Below are positions 48,559 through 62,284 of a stretch of DNA of 64,000 nt, piece by piece (the stretch's first letter is position 1; each line of letters begins with the position of its first letter). This stretch comes from Pelomyxa schiedti (Eukaryota > Protista > Evosea): positions 124,001-188,000 of the forward strand of contig JAHLWZ010000187.1 in assembly GCA_020536535.1 (NCBI GenBank), read 5' to 3'. The translations under genes were made by a program, and so were the position numbers. The notes under the pieces are model-generated. The model saw nothing but the letters and a program-made list of their open reading frames with translations. It was not told where the DNA came from and searched no databases.

Positions 48559-49433
48559 AAATGGTAAACGGAATAAAATGTAAAAAATGCCTTCGAAACC
48601 GCAGGCTTTTATATGTTTATTATCAATCGAGAATGCATTTGCAACTGAACCGTTTACATCACTCCCCTGCACAGTTTATAAAAAAGAAAAGAAATCTCCT
48701 TCAGTCTAACATTCTAAGGAAAATTCATGCCAAAATGAAATCTCAGAGATGGAAACAAGAAAATCAGACCTAAGACGTAAGTCCCACAACAACAACAGCA
48801 ACTCCTGAACTTACTTTGCCTCAGTCATCTTTCACAAACAGAAAGCAATGCCTCTGAGTTGACGAATCTGTGATTGTTTTTCTTTTTAAAGAGCATTTCT
48901 AGTAAAGATCTATGTCGTGATTTACGTAGATACGTGATTACGTTGCTCCTTTTCCAAAGGTTCTTACTCTTGTACGGCAATTATTATATTATTATATACT
49001 CTCCCGCAACACACAAACTCCCACAATTCCCAATGCATGAAAACTCACAGAAAACCACAGACAGAGACTTGCCTTACGTTTCCTCCTGCCGGCACAGAGC
49101 CTTTATACTACGTAAACTGTCAGCCGGGGTCTGCTCTGTCTCCTCAGCAATCATCACCATAACCTCCCATAATCCGCCGGCCGCTCCTCCACACACCCGG
49201 TACACACGATATCTCGCTGTGACCTCATCATCACCTTCACATCTTTCGTCACGGCAACACCCATCCACGCTTATTAATGTGCTAGGTATAGTGATGACTG
49301 ATGACTCAATTCTTTTCTTTGTATTGGGTTTTACTTAATAATGTGCAAGATCATAGATCACCCCATCATCAACAAAAACAAAAAGAGAAAACCATCACTG
49401 AGCTCAAATTGGTTTTTTCCGCGATGCAGCCCG

Positions 49434-52400
49434 ATGTCACGGGTGCAGCAGCAGGTGCCCATTTCCCAGCATTTTCCTCCTAATTTTTTGGTCTCAGTCT
49501 CCTCTACAGGCAAAGTCCCGCCTCGTCGTGGCAAACTGGTCAAAGGGTCCCACAAAGAACAGTCACAGCATAACCAGAGTCGCGATGTAATTGTATCCCC
49601 GACAACCGACGTCACCCCAACCAACACTCCACCTCAGCAACCCCAAGACGCATCATCCCATAATGCAGCCGCCACGAGCTCGTCGCCCCCTTTTATGGCC
49701 CCCGCCACTCCACCACCCCAACAAGAGTCCTCCTCCTCCTCCTCGTCGTCATCCTCATCTTCCTCGACCGGCATTTCAGACGAACCAGACCAGGGCACCA
49801 TGGCCACGACCACAACAACCTCGTCGACGATGTGTGTGGACGTGGCCCCTGTCGACGAGACTCCCAAGACGTCCCCTTCGTCGTCATCGTCATCGCCACC
49901 TGTGGTAGTTCCAAGCAACTTTGGTGACAGTTATTACAACAAAGATGGCGTTGACAAGGATGCCAACCAGGCTCTGAATCAAAACCAAAATCAAATGGTG
50001 GATGGAGAGGTGGCTTCCCCGCCTAGCAGTGGTTCTAATTCTAATGCTAATCCTACTCTGAATGTGATGGCACCTGTGAGTGTGGGTTTGTTGCCTGAAA
50101 CTACTGTGGCTCCTTCATGCTCCTTGCAGGAGAGGTATATGCTATCTAATTTATGGATGAAGATATTCATAGGATTTTTTGTTTGTTTGTTTTTGCTCAC
50201 TATAAGCTTTCCTCTCTCCAATTCTCGTAGAGATTGTCCAGGTAGTTTCTTTTGTTGGTTTTTCTCCCACTAATCCACTCATAGAAAACCAAGCCGTAAT
50301 CATCACTGAAATGTGCACTTGTGTGCATCCATTTTTATTGCTCAACTAAATCAGGTGGAATTCTGGGAGCAAGAGTCGTGCAGTGCAGCTGGTTAAGAAC
50401 CTCCTAACTCCATTACTCATGCACTCCTTTGAGCTCAATGACAAGTAATCCTTGTAGTAACTTGTTTAAGTTTAACTGTAAATAAAGGTCGGTACTTTTA
50501 CAACTATGTCTGATTGCAAAACGAATTCCCATGTTGTATGCTGATCCTGATTTGCTAAAGGTAGCAATCAACAAGAAGTCAACACAACTTAATGTGTCCT
50601 AGACATTTAAGCGTTATATGTCGCATGACAGTACTCAGCACTTTAACAACTCCATTTCTTTCTCTGTTGTTATTTCTCTCTTCTATGCAGCATATACACT
50701 CATTCCACAATGGCCTATTATCTTTTTCCAGGTTAACTATTCCATTATCCTGTTATTAGTTTTAAGCAATGCACAGGGTTACTTGGATGATGCCCTGGGG
50801 GAAAGGATCTGGGTAGATGATCCCTGCTTAGCCTTATTTGTGAACGAGATTATTTCCAGCCTGTTTCCCACACAAAGTAAGGAATGCAAAGAATCCAGAT
50901 TTGATCCAGCCACTACTGTTGAGGTATTGCAAGCTCAGTATGAGCTTCAGAAATGACGTTTCCAACCCCAACAGGCACACAGCTTGTTAATTCAAACTCT
51001 TAGAGGTCAGATTGTGCATCACGAGGAGAGAAAAATCAAGAATATCATCAAAGTGAGTGTTTTTCCTGACTATTGAGCCACCATGTAATTGGTTGATTCA
51101 TAGGTTGCCACATTGGCACTATCACTCCCTGAAGTGAGGGTACTTTGCACTGATGTATTAGATGGTCAGTTGGTTGTTTCTTTTCATTCTCCTCATTTTG
51201 ATTAATACAACAAAAGAATGGCTAAACAGTCCCTCATTTTTTCTGGTATCTCGAACTTTTTTTGAAACCCTCAGTCGCAGTTTTTCTTCTGAGTGTGCTT
51301 CGGACTTGGATTGCCTGTTGAACGTGATGAAGGTGCTTTATACTCTACTTTCTAATGCCTCACTTATTTCTTTCGGCTTCACCTAGTTGAGAAATACGTG
51401 CAAGCAAAATAATACTCAAACAGTCTATGATGCAATCGAGAGAATACTCAAAGGGGATCTTGTTTTTCAGGCAAAAGGAAGGTAGTAAATCACATGGTTT
51501 TATGTTGAAATTATTCCAGCACTTGAGCACTTTGTTGTGACTGAATTACTACCTCCAAATAACGTTAAATCTCCCAACATCAAACTCTTTTCCATCATCT
51601 GGGATTCAATGCAATGTATGTAAAAACACCTTCTTGCTGTAGTACTCACATTTTAATTCTTCCAGTGTCCATCAGAGAGATTGAACTTGCCAAAATTTTC
51701 CAAAAATTTGCACAGCAGTCGGAATTTTTAAGGTGCACTGACCCCTTCCTTTTTTGGTTCTTGACTTCGAATATTCCAGATCAACTTTGAAGCGGCTATT
51801 GAAGATAATAGGCACACTACTTCTGGTTATGTACCTACTGACCCATTCAACCAGGACAAGACTTCCGTTATTATGATTTCTGTAGAGCTTTACTTGAGAA
51901 ATTTGACCCTATTTTGCAATTGCCTGTACAATACCCACAGGTTTTTTTGTGGAATTTAATATTCTCAGGAGGCAGAACGAGATAATTGGGTTTCTCGTAT
52001 TATTGATATCTTTATTCTCGCCATTTTGGTGAATGTGCCCAGTCACAACACTGATCAAGGTTGCACCATTTCCCAGCAATCCCCCTCACCTCTGGATAGC
52101 AAATTCATCAAATCCTGCAAGACAATTTGAATCGCATGCTAGCAGCATTCAAGTACCATTTAACCCTTGCACTTTGTGTAACCCAGTCCAGACTGCTGCA
52201 ATCACTTGGTGCCAAAAAAATCTCACGTCCTATCTTCCCAATGTGTCCTATGTCCGGTTTACCCAAATTCTGCAACAGTTTTTATTTTTTGAGAACCCTC
52301 CCTGTTATATACGTACAGCAGACCCAAATTTGCCCCCCCCTCTCCCTGCTCCCCCTCCAATCACGGTGTGTTGTATGCAGTTGATTCCTTCAACTGAGTG

Positions 52401-55400
52401 CACCCCAAAAAAGATACCCACAGATGAAGATCGACAACTTAAAAGTCTTGTGATGAACACAGATAATCCTGAGAATGCCATGCCCCTTCCAGTGCAGGAA
52501 GAAGTTATATACGCGGTAGTAATCAACTACACATGATATATTTATAACTTAATCTCCCTAGATTTTGAATATTGTGTTGACTAAACAACCTCTGGATGCA
52601 AGCACTGCCAACACTTTCATCAGTAAGCTCTTGTACCGGGCATCTCCTCTGTGTTCCTCACCAATCAGTGAGGTTTTGAAAGATTGTTTCAATATCACTC
52701 TCACCTGCAGTCAGCATAATCCTTTACCTATAAAAAATCCAACTGAACTTGTGGATGCCTTGCTGCACAAATTGCCGTGCTTTTGCAGCACAGACATGGG
52801 TATGGAACAAAACATCAAAATTATGTCAAATGTCCCTTAGGGAGTCTTTCTTTTGGGGAACTATACTGGCCTGCTTGTGTCAATGCTGTATCTCTTGCTG
52901 CATTCAGTCCCTCAGCCGTTGGAGCGTGTGTGTGGAACAAAGAACCTGATGTCACAGTACCTCCTAATCCTACAAAAATGATCCCGTTTGACTGGGACTT
53001 ACCAGATTTTGATGGAGATGCTTCTAACACGCAAATGGGCTTTTCCTGCCCTTGTGCCTCTTGGAAAGACCTTACAATCTTTGAAGGTGACCTAGAGCGT
53101 AACTACAAATCTTTTTGATAGAATCTCAAATTGTTGCTCTCAGGAACAACAGACTCGGGTTGAATATGAGCATAAGCGACGATTAATGCAAGTTGTTGGT
53201 TGCTCATCCCTGATACTTGCTGATCACCTTACTTAAATTAACAGAACTCCTGAGATCGCAAGGCAGGTTTCAAGGTATATTTCCTCCGAAAGTTATCAAT
53301 GACCTGGATTTGTTGGCATCAAATTTCCTTTTGGATTCCTCCCAATTACGCCAAATCCATATCCCTCCTCAGAAAGGCAATGACACTTCAAGAAAGTTTT
53401 ACGTACTTACTCACCGGCAGTTATTGATATGCTCAGTGACGTTGATTCCAAGTTGCATATCTCCCAAACTCTTTCCCGCTGTAGGGATCCAGGTATCATA
53501 TCAATAACAGATTCGTTTTCCTTGTAATAATCATAATCCAACGTAAGATTTTCTCTACGACCTCACAAGGCAGCAAGAGCCAACTCAATCACTTAGCTGG
53601 ATCCAACCAATGGTGCATAGTGAACCCCAGTGTATAAATGTTTTGCCGGTGAACACGAAGTGTGTATTGCTGTTCAATGAGGTCTTTCAGAAAGAGTACT
53701 TCGCCTACTTCCTTGACCAATATTTAAACTCCTAGTGGCACTGTTCGGCAACTGATATCTGAGTCACTTTGCAGTGAGTTTAATGCTGAGACTCCTGCTC
53801 CCACAGTAGAAATTTTAGAGTTTTTTCTGAGCCGGTTATATGATAGGTAAATGTGGTTTTCTGTCCCATATGTTTGCGTTAATTCTTTTAGTCATTTAGC
53901 AACACGGGGCCAAGCAATGGCTTCACTCTCTATACTCCTACTTAGGTACTCACACTTTTTTTTGGCCTGTTGCTAACCACTCACTAAGGAATAATAGACT
54001 GTCTTCCTTCTCTGACTGCCTTTCAGAACTGCCGACCTTAAAGTGGCATAGTGCACAATGCGTCCAGTCTGCCATAGCAAAATCTTTGTGTCAGGTCTTA
54101 TCCAAGTTAGTTTCTTTTCTAAGTTTTTTTTTTTTTTTTGCGTGCTAACTGTCTTCAAGAGAAACCCGCACATCCATCATTGGGGCCTGCTTATCCTATC
54201 TTCGTCTTCATATGAATGACTCTAATTTAGCAATAATACTTAGGTTGTTCATGTTTGTTTCCTTTCCTTACACAGTTGCAGTCAAAAGTTACTAAATCGC
54301 AAACTTGTTTGCTCTATTATACTGCAAGATGAAACTTTATTTACTATTTGCTGTGAGATAATGTCTGGCATTCTTACAAGAAACTCGTTAGAACTTGAAA
54401 ATGAGAGAAGTTTTCTTATTCAAGCAAGTCCTGGCTTTTTTTTTTTTTTTTACCTAACAGTGTCCAGGGCAAGTGTATCCCACAAATCATGTACGACGGA
54501 GTTGTAAAGCTTCTTTCTTGCCAAGTACTGGGAAGAGAATTCTGTGCAGTTCTCTGGAAATTGGTCTGTGGGACCGTACACCCCTTTAAGGATGATAATG
54601 GGTATGTCTCCAACTTATAAAACAAGAAGAAACTTTCTTCAGAAACATACTTCTCTCGCCCACGCAGCAGCTTGACCTCCTAATGTCTGGAAATCCTCTC
54701 TTCATTGATGAAGGTTGCAGAATCTCTTTTCTCCTCTTACCGATGAGATAGTTCTTTCTCTATTCACTCTGCAGGATTTAATCCTGTTAATGCAAAAACC
54801 TGGCCTTCCTCTGGCAGCTTTGGACCGCATGATTTCTCATATCAGTGTGAATTGCAATGTTGAAGTATTACAAGAACTTAAAAGCTCACATGACTTAATT
54901 GAGAAGCTATTTGGTCTCAGTGAAATGGGCATTGCTGGTATGCAATCCTGCGTCATGGTCACTTTGCACCCTTGCCTGATATGTACAAGGTGCCAAGAAT
55001 CTCTTGACTACTTTCAAAAAGGCGTTCAGCCTGGAAGACGAGCACAGGAAAAATATTAATGCCATGGATCTAATGATATCACCTAGTGGTTTAAAAGAGG
55101 TTTTTTTTTTGTATCCTTAACGATGACGGGTTCATTCTTATCTAGATGGTTTGTGATGTCGGAAACATTCAAAGTGCCCAGCTACCTTGTCTTGACTTAG
55201 AGCGAGTAACACACCCTGTTCACTTTCTGTAATAACCTTTTTTTTTTCAGGCTCCTGAAGAAGAATGTCTTACCCAAACAACGGGCCCGGAACAACTACA
55301 ACCAGTATGCCAGAACAATAAAATGACCATTATGCTCACCTCATAGCAGAAGCAGTTCCTTCTAAATCTTTCGAGCAACCCTGATCCACAAAACCTCCTT

Positions 55401-57486
55401 CGTAAGTTTCGGAATAAGAACGCTATTGAGCTTTCTCTCCTGTACAACATGGCATTCTTGTGTACCTCTTCATTTCAGAACATCCTTCCCATATTGCTCG
55501 ATTGGATATGCTTTCTTGACCCTCAGGTACATTGGTGAAATGCAGGCCAGTCTCACGTCCCCCTAGTGCACAAAGTTGATATTGACAAGCCCTGATGCTG
55601 GTCAGAAACTTTACTTTGAAACCTGTCATTATATGTTGTTCAGCCTCCTTTTGCACAATAGTAGTTGGAACCGTGTGCATAGCTTCATTCAGTTCTTAAC
55701 AAACTCCCCACAGGTTTAATCAATTCAAGTTCCAATTACATTAATTGTTTTTAAGAAGGTGAAGCCGGGCTTGGCAATTGAAGTTGTAAACGCATGTTTG
55801 CAGCACCCCAGAGGATGGTCTGCCTTTACTGTGCATTACCGCTACCAGTCAAACGAAACAAGGGAGCCTTCCAAACTATGCAATTTCTCTTCCAAGTGAG
55901 TTCGCTTGTTGTTGTTGCTATGTAAAATTCATTTTCAGTTCATTGTGTTCTCTTGCCGACTGTGTCATTCAATCTCTGGCTGGGCGAAGCGGCACCGAGC
56001 AAGAAACCATACAAATGATTCTCAGTTTATGTGACCAAGGTAGTGCCAATACAACTTCCCTGGCAATGTATGTGGGAACATTAGTCAGTAGCAATACGGG
56101 TTCTCCAGAGGTTTTGGCGTCCTATGGCTTTGGCCTTTTGTGATTAAATATCTCTAGAAACCTGCCCGTAAGAAACTACTCAACTCCCTTTACATTCAAC
56201 ACCCTTCAACGATCAGAACCATTTTTCCACACAGATTCACTAGACTCTCCAAACCTCAGATTTTCTCTTCCGTCATTACTTGCCCAGTAATTTTCCATTT
56301 CTTGAGGTGGCAGAATACATCACTCACACACCTTAAGCTGGATGAAATACTCCACAAATCACTGGCAGCAATTAACTCCGTCCAAGAAGAAAGCCTATTC
56401 GCTACAGTATTAGTACTGAAAATATCACAATTACACCCACAGATAGTCTTGAGGTAACTTATTCGTGTTGGAGGACTTGCACATTGAGCTTCTCAAGGAA
56501 AGTTAAAACATTGATAACATTATTGGAGGGCAAGGCATACATGACTTACAATGAGTTTATTTCCCGAGGGAATCACAATCTTTTTTTTTATGTCATGTGC
56601 ATATTCGATGCTCTGCGCCCAGCAATTTCTGTAAGCTTTTTGAGGGAAAGATGCAAATTAATGACTTTGACTTGAAAACCCAGGTCCACTACCAGCAGGA
56701 ACTTTCATCCCTTCTCATATCAATCAGTGAAGGGATTTTCGCCTGTTTGGGGAAGCCAGAGCCCCAGTTGCTGCCCCTCTTGAACCTCTTCTTGGATTTT
56801 GTTGCAAGCTTTACCAGTGAGTGTCATTTTGACAAAATAACCCGTGACAAGCTCGATATGAAGTATGTGTCTAATTACTTCCCCTAAACATTAAGCAAAC
56901 GAAGGAGCATTAAAAACGCAGTACAATTAGTGCAACACAAATCAGATCCACACAGTGGAGCAGCACTTCTTCAGAGTTACACACGGGTTACCTCTCGTGT
57001 CTCTGTGATTTGAATCTTATCATCACAAACAGGGCAAGCCCACATCTGCTGCTACAGTATTGAAACTGATATGGTCTACAGATAGAACTGCACTACAAGA
57101 TGGGCAACAGTTATTTTTGCGTTTACTTGTTGATGATCCCAGGTTTTTAGGCCACAGAAATGGCTTCGCTTTTACCTAATCCCCCCAGTTCTTCAGGGCT
57201 ACTGGAAGCACAAATACATGAGCTTCTGCACAGTGAAAGGGAAGAAGTCCGGTGGTGGTGCTTCGCCCACTTCGGAGAAGTATTTCCGTTTTGTCTCGGT
57301 AACCAGTTTACATTCACCATTTCAACACTACTAATACCACAAACAGAGCACTTGGATTCCATTGTTGCCGAACTATTCCATCACCCACAGTTCCGGGATG
57401 CCACAATAGCCCTTTCCACAGTAGCAAAGAAATTCTCTCGCTTATTGGGTAAAGGAAAAAGGAAAGAACACAGTGGGGAGGCCTGA
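49434..57486 (+). CDS. INTS1: Integrator complex subunit 1 (very intron-rich)
   Basis: QWPIIFFQ|GYLDDALGERIWVDDP; HFVVTEL; DFCRALL; LLEGKAYMTYNEFISRGNHNLFFYVMCIFDALRP; C-terminal LLHSEREEVR...EVFPFC. All resemble conserved INTS1 blocks. Confidence 0.85.
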
Positions 57487-57541
57487 AGTCTCCTGCGCTG
57501 TAAGGAAAAAGAAAATTTTGCACAATTTTTTTATTCATTTC

Positions 57542-58903
57542 TTACGTTCTGTGTAGCACCCAGGAGGTTTCCCCTGCTGGAGAGGGACACAAAAAGGTGG
57601 ATACTCTTAGGGTAAACTTATTTGGTCCCTCCTGCGTTATACCCCCACACTCCAGAAGTGTGACAGCAGCCTCCTTGGCACTGTCAAGTGTGGGGAAAAT
57701 GTAAGCCGGGCCTGATTGGCAGTAGACACCAAGATAACGATTGAGGTGAGGTCCATCCCAGAGAGTAGTGTGTGGAATGGCATCTTTCTGGAGTAGAGTG
57801 AGTTGAGGAGAAGCAGTAGAATTGTTGGTGTGAAAATAGCTACGCACTTTAACCCAAGAAACTTCACCAGATGTCGATGGGAATGTTGTGTTGGCACGGC
57901 GGAGTGTGTAGCAATGTTCACGCTCCATTGTTATCCCTCCACAAGGTAGAACAAGTGCCGCTCGCTTGGCTTCCTCAAGTGAGGTAAAGACATGCTTCCC
58001 TTCACTTGGACAGTATCCAGGTAAATAGGCATCAAAGTAAGGTCCCACAAATTGACCAGGTCCAATCTATTTATAGATTACAACGTTCCAATTCACTTTC
58101 CTCAAATAGTACATAAGCACCTTCAGCCAGGAAGTCTCTCCAGAACGTGAAACCCCGGCGGTATTTCCACATCTAAGAGTGTAATAGGATGGGGGCTCAA
58201 GGGTGATTCCATTGCATTCAGGTAAAATGTTGGCAGCAGCCATAGCAGCTTCGAGGCTGGGGAAAATGTGGTGCTCCATTCTTGGAACGTACTCGAGCAA
58301 AGCAGAGTTTTGCCACGCATCAGAGAACAATGAGTCCTAAAGCTTTGATTTAGAATTTGAGTTTTGGTGTTAAGTTGTCCTTTTTAGAAACCAACTTTTA
58401 TCCAAGATTTTTCGCCAGTTGGGGATGGGTGAGGGTCCCTGCCCTTACGTAGAGTAAAACCCTTCGATTCTTTTGTGATTCCACCACACTGTTCACACTC
58501 ACTCGCTAAGAACAGGGATTAAGTGAAGTCAGTCTTTTTTGCCTTGAGGGGAGGGGGAAAAAAAAAAAAAAAAAACAAAAAAAAAAGAGGGGGCAGCGTT
58601 CGTCTGGCGAAGTGTTTGCACTGGAATACCAAGACGTTGTGCCTCCTCCAGAGTAGGGAATGCGGAGCGGCCCCCCTCTACTTCACAATAGGCTGACAGA
58701 TAGCCGTCAATGGGGCCCTTCCACTTCACTGTCTCGTAGTTGCTTGTCACGGTGAGCACGCGCAGTTGGTCCCCTACCGACACACCAACCGGCGCAGCGG
58801 CCCCATTATGGGAGGACGCGGTGGTGGTTTGCCCAGGCGTCGACGACGTAGAGGTCGTCGTCGACGATGATTGCGAGGCGTTGGTGGTGCCGAGCCTTCC
58901 CAT
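57542..58903 (-). CDS. Protein with four tandem ~70-aa repeats (PAN/apple-like pattern, family not identified)
   Basis: Consensus GP...YL..YC.....FPtLEeA...A..l..CgGIT.E...yTLR.g....pS.sGE.SW.K. Repeats 1-3 are each followed by a phase-0 intron. Confidence 0.8.
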
Positions 58904-59117
58904 TTCCGTTTTATTTTCTTTCTCACGAAAGGCATTCCCAGAAGATCAGCAGGTATCTTCCGACGGACATGTCCCCGTCCTCAGACTCCAACTGCCTTCC
59001 TCACATCATGTGCATCTCCGTGGTTATGTATCCCAGTGAAATACCCTCTCGTTCTGCCCTGTTGCACCTCTGTGCATCACCAGAAATAAAAGTATAAAAA
59101 CAAGAAGCAAAACACAA

Positions 59118-59314
59118 ATGAAACCACAGCGGCACAGCACACGACGGGCGACGCAACAGCAAGGCACCGACCAACAACCACAACAATCGTCGTACATATT
59201 GCCTCCCCCTTATTACTCTGGTACCACCACACCAGAAAAATCAACAGCCCCACCACACCCCCACGCCACTTCCCCGAACCAAAACCAATCTGCAACCACA
59301 CGCCCAACCCCCGA

Positions 59315-59347
<33 letters not shown>

Positions 59348-61090
59348 ACCAAGACACCCCAGACAACAAAATACTGCCACTGCTGCTGTTACGGCACCGG
59401 CGGCGTCGACGGCAACGGCGACGACGAGTTCCAATGCCTGTACCAACAACAATGGGGCGGTCACTTCCGCTGCCAATGCCGCCGCGGCGAATCAGAACCA
59501 GAATCAGAATCAGAATCAGGCTCAGCCCCAACACCAGCACCACAACGTGAGGTTCGACGTGGTTGGGAGCGCCGGGGGTGGGGAAAAAGTTGTAGTGGGT
59601 GCGTGCCGATTTGCGCTTGGCAGCAGAATAGGAAACGGCTCTTTTGGTGAAATTTTCCAAGGTAAATTACTTGTATCAGAAGGCCGGGTACGGCAGTGAA
59701 ACCACACTGCCTGTGCCCATTCCCTCTGGTCATTCCTCCCCCCCTTTTTTTTAAATAGGTAGTATTGGTTGAGTTAGCTTTTTTCCCCCCTTCTTGATCA
59801 GATATACTTGTCCTAACTTCAAAAGCAAGCCACTGATTTACAAACTGGCACTCAGGTGGCAGTAAAACTGGTATGACAAGAGCTTACATTTATACTTTAC
59901 CTTCTCGAAAATTAAATATAACCTTCAGGAAAGAGCAAGGATGAGACAGTCCCAGCTAATTAGTGAGTACAATTTATACAAGAAGCTTAGCCCTGCCGGT
60001 ATTTGTGAGTGTGGATTTTTTCTTCTTTTAAAAGTTATGCAGAAGGGATACCCTCTGTTTTTTGGTGTGGAACTGAAGGCGAATATCAAATTATGGCAAT
60101 GGAGCTTTTGGGTCCTAGTCTGGATGACTTACATCAATACTGCAACAATATATTTTCTCTCAAAACGGTCTTGATGATTGGACTACAAATGGTACCATGA
60201 TTTTAAAAAGTAATAACCAAGGCAACCAACAAAATTTAAATTTTCTCCAAGATTGATAGACTATCATATGTACACAGCAAGGGATGGGTCCATCGGTATC
60301 AAAATATGTGGCTCTTTCTAACCATTTAACTCTCTGCAGTGATTTAAAACCTCAAAACTTCTTAATGGGATGTGGTCAAACTGCAAACATAGTCCATATT
60401 ATCGATTTGGGGTTAGCCAAGCAATATCGGTTTGAAGTACCTTTTTCTTTTTTCAGTTCTCACCTTATCTTGAAGGGATCCCATTACACAACAACACATT
60501 CCTCGAAACAAAGGGCTGAGCATGACTGGTACCGCCAGATATGCTAGTATCAATACACACCTTGGCTTTGGTAAATTTACACTGAATACCTACTGCTATC
60601 ATTCGCTAATTTCCCTCAGAACAAAGTAGACGTGATGACTTAGAAGCGTTAGGCTATATGCTTGTCTACTTCTTAAAAGGTAGATTACCGTGGATGGGAA
60701 TGCAAGCAAATACGAGACACTCGAAAGAGAGCTTAATTCTAGACCATAAACTTACCACCCCACCCGATATTTTATGCTCCGGGCTTCCTGGTATCTTCCT
60801 AATCCAGTGAACTGGATTAACTTCGAAAAGGCGAGTTCGCAACTTACTTGAAATATTGCGGTGGATTGCAGTTTTCGCAAGACCCGGACTATGCCTACCT
60901 AAAAAAATTACTCCAAGATTTATTTGTCAAATGCAACTACACTTCAGACAACATGTATGACTGGACACTAAAAAAAGTGGTATGTTCCAAGACTTTTGTG
61001 TTCCATGTTGGTTTTCTTATTGTCTTATAGAAACAGCACGAAGAATGGCTAGCTGACATTGGTGCCGTTTTTTGTGCACACATAGACTAG
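59118..61090 (+). CDS. Casein kinase 1 family Ser/Thr kinase with a Gln/Asn/Thr-rich N-extension
   Basis: [10 protein letters not shown]; VAVKLE; MELLGPSL; FSLKTVLM; [12 protein letters not shown]; IIDLGLAK; [13 protein letters not shown]|EQSRRDDLE. Confidence 0.96.
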
Positions 61091-61305
61091 AACGAGCTCT
61101 TTTGAGGCTTTGATTAGAAACCATGCACCGGTTCTAATCTTATTCCTTCCAATAACGAAAGCAACTGCCTTCGTCACCTTCAGATTTTTTTTCTCTGAAA
61201 AACCATCATTGATATTTCTACCATCTTCTTCCTTTTTTTCATTAAATCTAGACTCTACTTTGCTCATTGTCGTAGTGCCACCGCACCGGGCTCGTAATAT
61301 CAACG

Positions 61306-62075
61306 ATGCGTGTTTTTAAAGACGTTATTTCAGGTGTGTTGTGTTGGTTATTCCAACCGCGGTGTTGTTGTCGTAGAGCTCACGAAAACAACATCTTACA
61401 CACCAAAAAGGCGACGAAATTGCTAGTGACAGTTTCCCACTCAGCGAGCAGACATGCTGCTACATTCTTAAGGGCCGAGTACGTTTCTCCCTTATTTTTT
61501 TTAACCTAAGCAGTGTATTACTTTCGGTTTGGTTAGGAATGAATTCCTCACCTTTTTTTCCCCAGATGGTCGTAAAAGAGTCTGGCGATTACGGAATTTC
61601 TTCTAACGCTGGTGACGAGGAAGGAGACGTTGCTGACTCCCTTGACTCTGCTTCGGAGAAAGTCATCGATATCGTTGATGCTCACCGACTTGTTAAGGCT
61701 CCTTTCGACAAGAAGTCCTACATGGCCTACATTAAGGGATACATGGGAAAGATCAGGGAGCACGTCCACACCAACAACCCCGCCCGCGAGAAGCCATTCA
61801 TGACCGAGGCCGCTGAATTCGTCAAGAAGATCCTTGCCAACTTCGACGATTACACGTGTGTTACTCTTCCCCTTTTCTACCTGAAATAAACTTGTAACCG
61901 GCCCGCAGCTTCTACTCAGGTGAGAGCTGCAACCCCGATGCCATGTACCCAAGTAAGTTATCAACTCCTTCTCCTTTCAAGTCTCTTATCCCTCGTAGTC
62001 CTCTTCTGGGGAGATGATGGTGTCACACCCATGTTCTACATCTTCAAGGACGGTATTAAGGAGGAGAAGTATTGA
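61306..62075 (+). CDS. TPT1: Translationally controlled tumour protein (TCTP)
   Basis: MRVFKDVISG|DEIASDSFP; VIDIVDAHRL; FDKKSYMAYIKGYM; FYSGES; DGVTPMFYIFKDG. Confidence 0.96.
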
Positions 62076-62284
62076 AAAGAATATGCAAGAACCCAAAGAA
62101 GTCATAAAATAAACTTCTTTTCCTATACAACTACACTGTGTTTCTTGTTTTTGCCCAACCAGTCCTTTTAGTTTTCGAAAAAGGGAATCGGGCCGATCGT
62201 TCGTTAAGGCTTCCCCGAATTTTTTTCTCTTTCCTATGAGAATCGATGATTTTCTCACTTTTTCTTTCAACCAAAGTGTCTCAC

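Noticed and set aside
55111-55145. GTATCCTTAAC in INTS1 resembling a U12 donor or branch site
   Set aside because: It sits inside an ordinary GT-AG intron starting at ~55100; donor and branch motifs would overlap and leave only 35 nt.
59320-59520. CAG/CAA and AATCAG microsatellites
   Set aside because: They encode poly-Gln and Asn-Gln tracts in the CK1 N-terminus, which are common low-complexity coding repeats.
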